From contig CP070695.1 in the NCBI GenBank assembly GCA_020353515.1, forward strand, positions 3,161,532 through 3,225,531: a stretch of DNA of 64,000 nt, written 5' to 3'. The DNA is from Candidatus Heimdallarchaeota archaeon. GTDB lineage: Archaea; Asgardarchaeota; Heimdallarchaeia; Hodarchaeales; Hodarchaeaceae. The translations under genes and the position numbers were made by a program. A model generated the notes under the pieces. It ran no database searches. It was not told the DNA's origin and was given only the letters and a program-made list of their open reading frames with translations. Numbering within the stretch: the first letter of the stretch is position 1; each line of letters begins with the position of its first letter. This document shows positions 38,966 through 48,360 of this stretch, one piece after another.

Positions 38966-39439
38966 TTGCAACAGCCTAATAGAATTACTCTAATTGCACT
39001 GGGTTTTTCTTCACTTCTCCTATTCTCTGGCCTAGCCTCTCTCGGTTTCACATATATGTTTTACCCCACCCTTGTGCCTAGTTATGGCCGAACTGAACGT
39101 TTTAATTTAGCTGAGTATAACAATTATCATACTGAATTTTCTTATTATGCTAATTCGCAGCTTCATATAACGATTGAAGCGAATAGCACAATGAGTATCT
39201 TTATCGATGAAAACTATGTTCATAACGGTTCTTTCTATGAACTAACAGTAGAACCCAAAGAATATATCCTAATCACGCTAAACTCAACTTCCGCAGTGTC
39301 TGGAAGGTTCTTAGCATGGCAAGAGCCACCATGGTCGATGCAAGTGGGTTCACTTCTTCTCCTTTTCACAGGTTTTATAACAACAGTTCTATCATTAGTA
39401 TTTTGGTACCGGTTACAGAAGAAGTATTTAGTAAGTTAA
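38966..39439 (+). CDS. Membrane protein with two TMs flanking a beta-rich domain
   Basis: Hydrophobic termini. Confidence 0.7.
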   Translation: MQQPNRITLIALGFSSLLLFSGLASLGFTYMFYPTLVPSYGRTERFNLAEYNNYHTEFSYYANSQLHITIEANSTMSIFIDENYVHNGSFYELTVEPKEYILITLNSTSAVSGRFLAWQEPPWSMQVGSLLLLFTGFITTVLSLVFWYRLQKKYLVS

Positions 39440-39558
39440 TTCATCTAGGATCTTTTATTGAAATTTCCGACTGGTTTTGCCAATATCAAAAAGGATAAAA
39501 AAGGAATTCTTAACCTATGGATAAAATGGTACAAGATTTCTGTGGAGATTGATGACCG

Positions 39559-39942
39559 ATGAAGGATGTTGAACACAATCTGGAAGTTGACCTCATAAAA
39601 AAGGCTATTATGGATTACTATCATGAAGGGCATGTCAAAGCAGACCCCCAATTGTATGAACAGGTATTACATGATGAATGGAAATTTTTCATGTTCGATG
39701 ATCAAAATAAATTGAAAGTTGTTGATAAGCAGGAATATTACTCCTGGTATGATCCCCAAAATGTCGATCCTGACTTACAATGGAAAACAGAGGTTTTTTA
39801 CGTTGATGTTTATAAAAATAATGCTCAAGCAAAAATAATTATTGAAAATCAGAACGTTAAGTATCTTGACTACTTCAATCTTATGAAAATCGATGGTACT
39901 TGGTGGATTGTTCATAAAATTTCCCAACCCATGGAAAAATAA
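39559..39942 (+). CDS. NTF2-like (lumazine-binding-2 type) protein
   Basis: IKKAIMDYY..YLDYFNLMKIDGTWWIVHKI. Confidence 0.85.
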   Translation: MKDVEHNLEVDLIKKAIMDYYHEGHVKADPQLYEQVLHDEWKFFMFDDQNKLKVVDKQEYYSWYDPQNVDPDLQWKTEVFYVDVYKNNAQAKIIIENQNVKYLDYFNLMKIDGTWWIVHKISQPMEK

Positions 39943-39966
39943 GAGGTCTAATTAATTTAGGTTGAG

Positions 39967-40341
39967 TTATTCATTCCCTACGGGTTTCACTGTATCTTTT
40001 TCGACCATTAGTATGACAGTTTTTTTGGGAGCTCGGGTGCGATGTGTTATCCCTTTCGGTACAGTATATCCTTGTTTTGGCTTTAGTTCGATCATTTCCC
40101 CTTCTAAATCAATGAGTAACCTCCCTTCAATAACATAGAAAAACTCATCTTCCAAGGTATGTTTATGCCAATGGAACTCCCCCTGAATGATTCCTACTCT
40201 AACCACACTGTCATTGACATGACATAAGGTCTGATTAAACCATTGATCCGTACAGGATTCGATTAATTCTGGAATATTAATAACTTTCAAATACCCATAT
40301 TTTTCTTCCATCTGGAATTTATAATCTGGAGGATTGCTCAC
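39967..40341 (-). CDS. Cupin-domain protein
   Basis: GEFHWHKH..EDEFFYVIEG..VPKGITHR. Confidence 0.92.
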   Translation of the reverse strand: MSNPPDYKFQMEEKYGYLKVINIPELIESCTDQWFNQTLCHVNDSVVRVGIIQGEFHWHKHTLEDEFFYVIEGRLLIDLEGEMIELKPKQGYTVPKGITHRTRAPKKTVILMVEKDTVKPVGNE

Positions 40342-40396
40342 TATTTCACCCTGTTTTATTCTCGTTGTGATTGAGAATTCGGATTACCATGTCACT

Positions 40397-40753
40397 TCAG
40401 GCTTCGATTGCTGCTAACGTTTGCCTAAAATCTGTAGATTTCGATCGTTGATCCACATTTTCTACTCGATAAACAATTCCTGTTCTTCGTTGAATTACAT
40501 TTGCTGCATGAGCACCTACGAATTTTGAGCGAGCTGGTGCTGCCAATCCAACCCACAAAAAGATCTTACGCAATGCTTGGTTAATTAAAATATATACTTC
40601 CTCCTCCTTCAATGGGAGGGAAGGAATTGGAAGCGACTGCAACTCATCAGGATTTGTCTTGACCCAAAAAAAGTGGATATCATGCTTTTTAATCATCTTC
40701 TGTTGAGTATAGGGGGTTGCTACCGGTTTAATGATAGGAATTGCTGAGAACAT
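40397..40753 (-). CDS. Single-domain gelsolin-like protein
   Basis: LKEEEVYILI..KIFLWVG..A..SKFVGAHAA..VENVDQ..DF. Confidence 0.75.
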   Translation of the reverse strand: MFSAIPIIKPVATPYTQQKMIKKHDIHFFWVKTNPDELQSLPIPSLPLKEEEVYILINQALRKIFLWVGLAAPARSKFVGAHAANVIQRRTGIVYRVENVDQRSKSTDFRQTLAAIEA

Positions 40754-41484
40754 CTTGTGATCCTCTGTGTTATGTTTAATCTCAGCTATGATCTCCTTCC
40801 TAGATATATATACTATCAGAAGATGTCCAAAATATCGTGATGAATAAATTTAACCTTTAATTGGAACGAGCTTTCTTGAATAAATTTGTATTTTTTCTTT
40901 TATTAATCATATCTGGTACAAATCATCTTTAATTTCAACAAGTTTTTAGGGAAGATTGCATTTTCTTCCTACCCTCAAATAATTTTTGGGATAATAAAGG
41001 ATGAATTTATAGTTATGGCAATTTATTCAGAGTATGACTCTTTCATTTTCCCTTATTTTATTCTCAATGTCTGCAATAACTGTATATCAAAGTAAAGTCT
41101 TTCAAACAAAAAGAAACTTGATACTTACTCTCTTTTTTCTTAATTTATCAATTTACAAATTATGTTTACTTATTCTATTTTTCTTCATTTGATGAAAAAG
41201 GATTATTTTATCTGATTATCCTCCCCATTCTCTCAATGTTATTCTTAACTTTAGATATAATCTGTCTGATGTTATTTGTTGCATTGAATCTGAGATTTTA
41301 TTTATCTGGCTTCTCAGTTTATGAGTCGAAATCCAACTTGATTTTCCCGCATGGGTCTGAGAATACGTAAAATACATTAGATCAAGCTCTTCATTCTGGA
41401 AAAGCAGTTGGTAACCCTTGATTTCGTTTTCTCGGTAAAAATTTTTAGGAAATAAGGAAAAATCTATCTTCGACTTTAAGAAGA

Positions 41485-41937
41485 CTATATAGACCTACTA
41501 ACTTTAATTTTATGGTCATACATCACAAGAATCCCGCCAGCAGCAATCAGAGTAAGGGTAATCCCAATGATCAACAGTGTGAGGGAAGTTCGAGTGTCGT
41601 AAGCAAAGCGGGTTGTGAACCAGATCAAGTAACAACCCCCCGCTCCGAGTCCAATAAAGAGTGATGCAATCAAGGATTCTATGAGAAATTGCTCACTTAG
41701 TTCTGGGAAGATTATAATTATTCCTTCTGGTGTTTGTCCCATTGGTAGAGGTGTTTCAGCGAGATTGTAGATCCCTCCCCCCAATAAGAAGATAACAGCA
41801 CATAGAATTATTCCCAACAGATATTTATGGGGAGCCTCATATGGGAGCTCAATCGTTGGAATGGTAAAGTCGATTAATGGTTTTTTTAGGCCTTTTATCC
41901 ATGGAACTCGCGGAATCAAGTTTTTTTTTCTGTGCAT
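41485..41937 (-). CDS. Oligosaccharyltransferase accessory subunit, OSTC/DC2 (OST3/6 family)-like
   Basis: RVPW..LKKP N-terminus; FLLGGGIYNLAETP..QFLIESLIASLF..LGAGG; 3 TMs. Confidence 0.8.
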   Translation of the reverse strand: MHRKKNLIPRVPWIKGLKKPLIDFTIPTIELPYEAPHKYLLGIILCAVIFLLGGGIYNLAETPLPMGQTPEGIIIIFPELSEQFLIESLIASLFIGLGAGGCYLIWFTTRFAYDTRTSLTLLIIGITLTLIAAGGILVMYDHKIKVSRSI

Positions 41938-42234
41938 TACTTCTTTATTTTCTAGAGTGCTGGTCTCGCTGAATTTAATACACCTCTTCGGTACTAAGGA
42001 CTTGTTACCCATTAATTATTGAATGAAACTTCTTTTTAATCTTTCTGGTACAATTTTTGAACTTACTTTGTTGTTAAATAGATGGTATTCTAGCCATATG
42101 CTCCAGGGATGTGATTTTAGCTATCCTTGAGACAAGTTCATTCTAGCAAAGCCTTATGAAATATGAAATCAATCTACTCCTGATACAGTATGTGGGGAAA
42201 GATTTACTTTTGAGGTTCAACCAAGGAGATTTTA

Positions 42235-43677
42235 ATGATAGAAGAGACATTAGATCCCGAAAACTGGGAGGAGATGAGGGCCTTAGGACATCACATCATT
42301 GATAATATGGTTGATTATCTGAAGAATATAAGAGAACAACCAGTATGGCGACCTATTCCACCAGAAGTAAAAAAGAGGTTTCGAGGATCAATCCCTAAAG
42401 AAGGACAGGACATTTACTCAATTTATGAAGAAATAAAAGAGAAAGTGATCGCTTTTCGATTGGGAAATATTCACCCGTGTTTCTGGGGATGGGTTTTTGG
42501 CACAGGTACTCTCTATGGTGCCTATGGAGATCTGATTGCTTCAACCATGAATGCTACATCAGGAGATTTTGAACATGGTGCCAGTTATATAGAAAATCAG
42601 GTTATTGACTGGGTAAAAGAAATGCTAGGATATGATCCCCAAGCATCTGGATTGATAACCAGAGGAGCCTCTATGGCGAATATAATTGGCTTAACTGTAG
42701 CAAGGAATGTGAAAGCTGGATTTGATCTTCGAGAAGAAGGATTACAATCAGATTCCACTAAATTAACTTATTATGGCTCTGAAGAAATGCATAGTTCTCT
42801 ACAGAAAGCAGTAGAACTTCTAGGAATCGGAAATAAGAACCTTAGAAGAATCTCTGTGAATGAAAAGTTTCAAATAAATCTTGACGAGTTAAAAGAAGCG
42901 ATAGAGAGTGATAAGAAAAACTACTTACCTATATGTATCATTGGCAATCTAGGGACAGTCAATACAGGAGCAGTAGATAATCTGAATGCTCTTGCAGATA
43001 TTGCAGAACAACAAAACATGTGGTTCCATATCGATGGGGCCTTTGGGGCTTTAACAAAAGTCTCTCCAATGTCACATCACCTTGCAGATGGATTAGAACG
43101 AGCAGATTCTATTGCTTTTGATTTCCATAAGTGGATGTATGTGAATTATGCAGCTGGTTGCGTTCTTGTTAAAAGTGCAAAAGACCACTATCAAACATTT
43201 GCACTTAGTCCCGATTATTGTACACAGGGGATACGGGGGATAACTGGAGGGAAGATATGGTTCAGTGATTATGGGGTGAATATGTCAGGGGAATTCAAAG
43301 CATTAAAAATCTGGATGAGTCTAAAAGAACATGGTATAAAGAAATATGGCCGATTAGTAGAACAAAATATTCAACAAGCTAAATATTTGACAGGGCTAAT
43401 CAAAAAAGAAGAGAGTTTGGAACTTCTCGCACCTACCTCTATGAATATCGTTTGTTTTAGGTATAAGAAAGAAGGACTAGGTAAAGAAGAGCTAAACAAA
43501 TTTAATGAAGAAATTCTACTTCAAATGCATGAGAGAGGTATTGCAGTACCTTCGCATACAATATTGAGAGGAAATTTTGCAATTAGAGTGGCAATTACAA
43601 ATCACAGGAGTAAAACAGGAGATTTTGACGTCCTCATCAATGCTGTGAAAGAAATAGCCCAAGACATTAATGTTTAA
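42235..43677 (+). CDS. PLP-dependent group II (aromatic amino acid-type) decarboxylase
   Basis: MHSSLQKA, GTVNTGAVD, WFHIDGAFG, DFHKW. Confidence 0.95.
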   Translation: MIEETLDPENWEEMRALGHHIIDNMVDYLKNIREQPVWRPIPPEVKKRFRGSIPKEGQDIYSIYEEIKEKVIAFRLGNIHPCFWGWVFGTGTLYGAYGDLIASTMNATSGDFEHGASYIENQVIDWVKEMLGYDPQASGLITRGASMANIIGLTVARNVKAGFDLREEGLQSDSTKLTYYGSEEMHSSLQKAVELLGIGNKNLRRISVNEKFQINLDELKEAIESDKKNYLPICIIGNLGTVNTGAVDNLNALADIAEQQNMWFHIDGAFGALTKVSPMSHHLADGLERADSIAFDFHKWMYVNYAAGCVLVKSAKDHYQTFALSPDYCTQGIRGITGGKIWFSDYGVNMSGEFKALKIWMSLKEHGIKKYGRLVEQNIQQAKYLTGLIKKEESLELLAPTSMNIVCFRYKKEGLGKEELNKFNEEILLQMHERGIAVPSHTILRGNFAIRVAITNHRSKTGDFDVLINAVKEIAQDINV

Positions 43678-43706
43678 GTAATTATTCTCCCAGATTTCTT
43701 TTTGTT

Positions 43707-44099
43707 TTAAAAATCGAAACCAAATTCTAGAGTTTCATTATAAAGCATTGTTGATTGGACATAGATCGAATCAGGTATTGGTTTGTCTCCTAAAGCACCT
43801 ATTTTATGTTTCAGCTTAAACATACAGGCCTCTACCAATGTAACATGATCTCCTTTTCGACTATAATTATCTTCTGAACATTTCACGAGAACTCTTTCTC
43901 CAGCTTTTAGGTCCACTGGTTCCGATCTTTTGAATGTTACAGAAATATCATGTTTCAATTCCAATAGGAATTTGGAGTCATATCTGGCCCACCCCGATTC
44001 ACTCCCATACATACAATGGATAGGCTCATCGATAATAATCCCTTGAACTATAAGCTTTTTTTCTATTGATTGTTCTCTTTTGGACATGGAATATTTCAC
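43707..44099 (-). CDS. Hypothetical protein (possibly OB-fold-like)
   Basis: 130-codon ORF, beta-rich; no firm motif. Confidence 0.6.
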   Translation of the reverse strand: MKYSMSKREQSIEKKLIVQGIIIDEPIHCMYGSESGWARYDSKFLLELKHDISVTFKRSEPVDLKAGERVLVKCSEDNYSRKGDHVTLVEACMFKLKHKIGALGDKPIPDSIYVQSTMLYNETLEFGFDF

Positions 44100-44365
44100 C
44101 TTTAGAGTGGTTGTTCTATTTATTTACTGTTCTTCCCTTTTGAGGTTTTTCGTTCAGATAAAGATGAAAAAATCACTCTGGAATGTGTAATTAAATTCAA
44201 TTATCCTTAGGAGAGTGTCTGGTACCCTTTATCTAGATTTATCAAGAGATCTTGTTTTTCTTCGGATGTTATTTTCAGATAGAGTCTTGTTTTAATTTCT
44301 TGCTCATTCCCTTGGGAAACGATTTGAAGTGAAAAGCACGATTTGGAAAAATAATAAGGAATCTT

Positions 44366-44576
44366 CTATAAACCATGAATCTCTAGCATAAATCGGAGAA
44401 CCATGAGAAAACTCATAGAAAAGAAGAATATGAGGAAGAAAACTAATCCTTTCACGATTCGTGGAGATAATGCAAACCTTATTGTGCATCTAAAAGAGCA
44501 AAAAATATCCATTTGGCTGTTTCCACAATGAATCTTCCAACCCACAATAATGGCACCTTTTCTGATCATTAAGCAA
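44366..44576 (-). pseudogene. Frameshifted TRASH/YHS-like zinc finger + TM protein
   Basis: KRCHYCGLE..NGYF joins CSFRC..TM across the 6-nt run at 44500-44505. Confidence 0.55.
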
Positions 44577-44593
44577 TGAAGTCCCTCATTTAT

Positions 44594-45208
44594 TTATCTA
44601 CTTTTGATTTTATATAAGTATTCATACAACCAAGCAAAAAAAATCCCCCCTAGAAGCCCGAAAAGATGGGAGATGAAGTTAGTATCTTGGCCTATTGTTA
44701 TCAGAAAGAAGATGATCAGTATATATAGCGCTTGTCGCCTTTCACGTTTGGTATTTCCCCGTACTAAGAAATAAACTATCCCTAATAATCCAAAGATTGC
44801 TCCTGATGATCCAACTGAAGTCATACGAATTGCTAGCAAGAACCAAATGAGTGATGCCACATTTCCAACAAATCCACAGAAAATAAATCCAACAATCAAA
44901 AAGGAAGAAGATTTTAATTCCTCTAGTCGGATCCCAAAGATAATCAAGAATAAAATATTTGAAACAAGATGTACAACATTCGCATGAATGAAAATTGCGC
45001 TAAACAACCGATAAATTTCCCCTTGTAAGACTTTGTCATTCTCCCCTAATAGCTGCAAAACTTCTGGAGATTGTCTTAGAAGATCATAAGGAAAAAGTAC
45101 CATTCCTGCAATATATATTAAAATCAATGAAATTACTAAGAATATTGTCCCTGGAATAGGTGGTATATTCTCTGAATAGCTATCCGGCATTCTATTTTTA
45201 GGAGTCAT
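44594..45208 (-). CDS. Rhomboid intramembrane serine protease
   Basis: YRLFSAIFIHANVVHLVSN, GSSG, SHLFG. Confidence 0.93.
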   Translation of the reverse strand: MTPKNRMPDSYSENIPPIPGTIFLVISLILIYIAGMVLFPYDLLRQSPEVLQLLGENDKVLQGEIYRLFSAIFIHANVVHLVSNILFLIIFGIRLEELKSSSFLIVGFIFCGFVGNVASLIWFLLAIRMTSVGSSGAIFGLLGIVYFLVRGNTKRERRQALYILIIFFLITIGQDTNFISHLFGLLGGIFFAWLYEYLYKIKSR

Positions 45209-45220
45209 ATAATCATCTAT

Positions 45221-45466
45221 TTACTCCAGTAGATTATAAATAATAGCAGCACTCGAATTATTAAGCATATGGGCTCCTGAAATTACCCAGATATTGCGAG
45301 TACGGTACCACACATACCCATACAACATGCTAGAATAAAAAATCAACATCAAAGAAAACGAACCCAGAGATATTCCACTTCCTAAGATGTGTGAGGGAAT
45401 ATGACTAATTGTGAATAGTAATGCCATCAATACAATCCCTCGTTGGTTACCAAACCGTCTTTCCAG
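45221..45466 (-). pseudogene. 3' relic of a CPBP/CAAX protease
   Basis: LERRFGNQRGIVLMALLFTISH..YRTRNIW..HMLNN; EExxFRG motif missing. Confidence 0.85.
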
Positions 45467-45997
45467 AACAAAAAAAATACTAGATTAGTACTATTTTTAA
45501 TATTTCTCGTTCTGACATTGGTCCCCATGGTTTCAGTAACAGCTAAGAAACCTCTGAGAGGTGATATGGTCTTAGACTTTGATTTCGCTCTCCACCCTGA
45601 AGGTGGAATAACTTGGCAAGGAACAATAGATTTTGGAAACGGTAAAGTATATGATATGCGATTCATCTCTACTGGCGCAGGGACTCCTCGTGGTGACTTA
45701 CCAACAGATAAAGCTGGCCATTTTGGTGAAATTTGGGAAATTTACGAGTTAGGTGAAATGGGAGATCCCACGAAGTTCCTCATGTGGGGCTATGACAAAG
45801 GTGTAACTAATCAAAAAAAGGATTTGACATAGCCATATCGGATGAACGGTAATGTAGAATATGCTTCAGGCTGGGTATCACAGTATCAAGGTCGGAATGT
45901 GCATATGAGTAGAATTTCAACGTGGTTTTCTCTACCTCTACCTAATGATCCCTTCCTTATAGAAGGGGAAGCACCAGGTACATTTCGAATAAATTAA
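45467..45997 (+). pseudogene. Secreted protein lacking its start codon, with an internal TAG at 45830-45832
   Basis: NKKNTRLVLFLIFLVLTLVPMVSVTA signal peptide; frame continues after TAG (PYRMNGNVE..APGTFRIN*). Confidence 0.75.
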
Positions 45998-46009
45998 TAG
46001 TGGATTTAA

Positions 46010-46051
46010 GAGGGATTCTTGCTTTCACCCAAGAACCCTCCTCTTTTTTTT
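46010..46051 (+). terminator. Hairpin + T8 tract
   Basis: GAGGG(A)TTCTTG-loop-CAAGAACCCTC followed by CTC-TTTTTTTT. Confidence 0.6.
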
Positions 46052-46198
46052 AATAAAATTCAAAGAGCCGAGAAAAATTCGATGATAACCAATAATCTTT
46101 AACCTTATTTATCCTGACAAGAAATAAACATTGTTTATAGTTCATCTCGGGTTTTCTTCCAAACAATAGAAGAAAAAGAGAGGCTGGGTAGAAAAATC

Positions 46199-46263
46199 TT
46201 AACATGGTACTGATTGTTCATCCCCAATCCACTTGCGCATTCGGCGGAGGGCTCAATCGCGTC
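46199..46263 (-). repeat. Orphan diverged copy of the LuxC-like gene 3' tail
   Basis: DAIEP(L)RRMRKWIGDEQSVPC* vs DAIEPLHRMCKWIMDEKSISY* (48361-48426), one 1-nt deletion. Confidence 0.85.
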
Positions 46264-46408
46264 TGACAACTATTGAGACAAAAACGACGCAATATTTTCC
46301 CTTATCTCCTGCTTTCATCAAATGATCGAAAAACTAGTACAGAATGTTCTAAAACCTAGGCTATTAAACTCACTCTTCTTTTGCATAATTGTCCTTTTGG
46401 AGGCTATC

Positions 46409-48013
46409 ATGGTTATTATCTATAAAAATAAATCTTTTTTGTTGGTTTTTCAGATTTTCCTCCTCATCGGTTTACTCCCCTTAAGTAACGTCTTTAGTAT
46501 AGATGAACATACGTCCCATGCTCAATATAGTCAAAGACAAACTAGAACTAAATTATTAGATTTCAAAGGATGCAGTGTGTTAAAGCATTCTAATCGTGAT
46601 CGGCAAAACCATGAGCTCTTAACTTCTCAAAATACGCAAAAAGTGTCTAAGAACATGGATACGCACGAAGTTGGCTATCAACGAACCTTCTGGATCTGGG
46701 ATTTCGAAGATTTATCTCACTATGAAATAAATGCGACAATACTTGCAGTAGGCGAGTATAGTTATATTTTCATGGAAAATGTTTGTATATCAGACCTAGG
46801 AGAATCATTTGCGATTGAATATTCCGAGTCCATACGTGACGAATTTGATAGCACAATTTTTCCTCGAGTTACTGATTTGGCTGGACATCCCAATGGAACA
46901 TTAGGAGATATTGATAATGATCCTAGAATTATTATTCTACTCGCTCGGGAATTGGTATCTTACTATTCCCAGAGAAACGAACAGGAATTGGAGTATTCGA
47001 ACCAATGTGAGATGTTTTATATCTACTATAGATTGTTTCAATGGCCTTACCGTGTTTTTCAGGCAATTGCACATGAATTTCACCACTTAATATGGTTTAA
47101 CAACGAAATGGATGAACCTCAATTCATCCTAGAGGCATTAGCAGAATATGCCATGTATCATAGTGGGTACCTAGCGCCTTTTGGCAACATCAGCTCACGA
47201 ACCAATGATTTCCTTTCACATCCGGAAGATTCTCTTCTGCATTTTAATATTGATAGTGAGGAAGGATTAACTAGAGCTATTGATTACGGAGGTGGCTATT
47301 TATTTGCTTGCTATATCGCTGAACACTACGGAGTGGATATCCTCCGAAACCTGATAACTGAATCGGCTGATGGGCCTATAGGACTTGAAAACGTTCTAGA
47401 AATGGCTGGTTATAATATCTCTTTTAATGAGCTTTATCTTGATTGGATCACAGCTGTGACAATTAATGAGTTAGGATTTAGTGATAACCTCTACGGCTTT
47501 GAGAATCTAAACGCCCGAATTTCTAGATATGATCTTGTTCACGAACTTCCCCTTGTCAATGAAACTATTCCACTTCGCTATTATGGGTTCCACATTTATA
47601 AATTGGAATCCCCACCTAATAATTTCGCAGTGAAAATTAACAAAGCCTCATATCAGACATTAGGTGTCTCCATTGCTTTTCATGACACCGCTGGTTGGCA
47701 TATTCACCAATATCTTCATGATGAAAGGGAGATTCAGGTCACTGATCACCTTCAAGGAAATTCAATTGATGTAGCATATGTAATAACAAGTTTTATATCA
47801 GGGAATACCCCCATTGTAACCCGTCCTAATTATGGACTTGGACCATTGATAGACATTGAGATCTCTATAATCCAGACACCTACTCAAACTAATACTACTA
47901 CACATCAGACTTCCAAAAGTACTACAACAGATGTTTCTACTGGTTTGAATGGAGTAATAGTATTAATTACCTTTGCTACTGTTTTGATTATTCTTCTAAA
48001 GAGCAGAGATTAA
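46409..48013 (+). CDS. Secreted zinc metallopeptidase (HExxH; M30/M6-like) with a Thr-rich linker and TM anchor
   Basis: DIDNDPRIIIL, IAHEFHHLI, ILEALAEYA; GGAGG before ATG 46409. Confidence 0.85.
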   Translation: MVIIYKNKSFLLVFQIFLLIGLLPLSNVFSIDEHTSHAQYSQRQTRTKLLDFKGCSVLKHSNRDRQNHELLTSQNTQKVSKNMDTHEVGYQRTFWIWDFEDLSHYEINATILAVGEYSYIFMENVCISDLGESFAIEYSESIRDEFDSTIFPRVTDLAGHPNGTLGDIDNDPRIIILLARELVSYYSQRNEQELEYSNQCEMFYIYYRLFQWPYRVFQAIAHEFHHLIWFNNEMDEPQFILEALAEYAMYHSGYLAPFGNISSRTNDFLSHPEDSLLHFNIDSEEGLTRAIDYGGGYLFACYIAEHYGVDILRNLITESADGPIGLENVLEMAGYNISFNELYLDWITAVTINELGFSDNLYGFENLNARISRYDLVHELPLVNETIPLRYYGFHIYKLESPPNNFAVKINKASYQTLGVSIAFHDTAGWHIHQYLHDEREIQVTDHLQGNSIDVAYVITSFISGNTPIVTRPNYGLGPLIDIEISIIQTPTQTNTTTHQTSKSTTTDVSTGLNGVIVLITFATVLIILLKSRD

Positions 48014-48035
48014 TCTATTCCTGAATAAATTACTA

Positions 48036-48341
48036 CTACTCATCAAAATAATGCTGCCAAAAATAGCAGGGTTTACACAAAGGGTTTTCCTGGGGATAAA
48101 GAGTACAATAATAAGTTGGAATTCTAGTTTCAGCTATTTGTCGTGTGAAATAATTACATGCAATGTCATACCCACTCTCTTCCACTTCTCTAAACCTCCC
48201 TTCCTCACCTCTAACGAAATAATTGCATCGAATAGAACAAGGATTTAGCTTATTGATCCAATATTTAAATTTAAGGCGGTATCCTGTTTTCTCATTTGAC
48301 TTAACAAGGTACAGACACGATTTAAAGATCATTTTCCTCAT
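48036..48341 (-). CDS. Small Cys-rich protein
   Basis: CLYL..CSIRCNYF..CNYF..YCTLY..CKPC; paralog of the N-terminus of 2077-2505. Confidence 0.65.
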   Translation of the reverse strand: MRKMIFKSCLYLVKSNEKTGYRLKFKYWINKLNPCSIRCNYFVRGEEGRFREVEESGYDIACNYFTRQIAETRIPTYYCTLYPQENPLCKPCYFWQHYFDE

Positions 48342-48360
48342 GTCTAGGAGGAAAGAGTTT

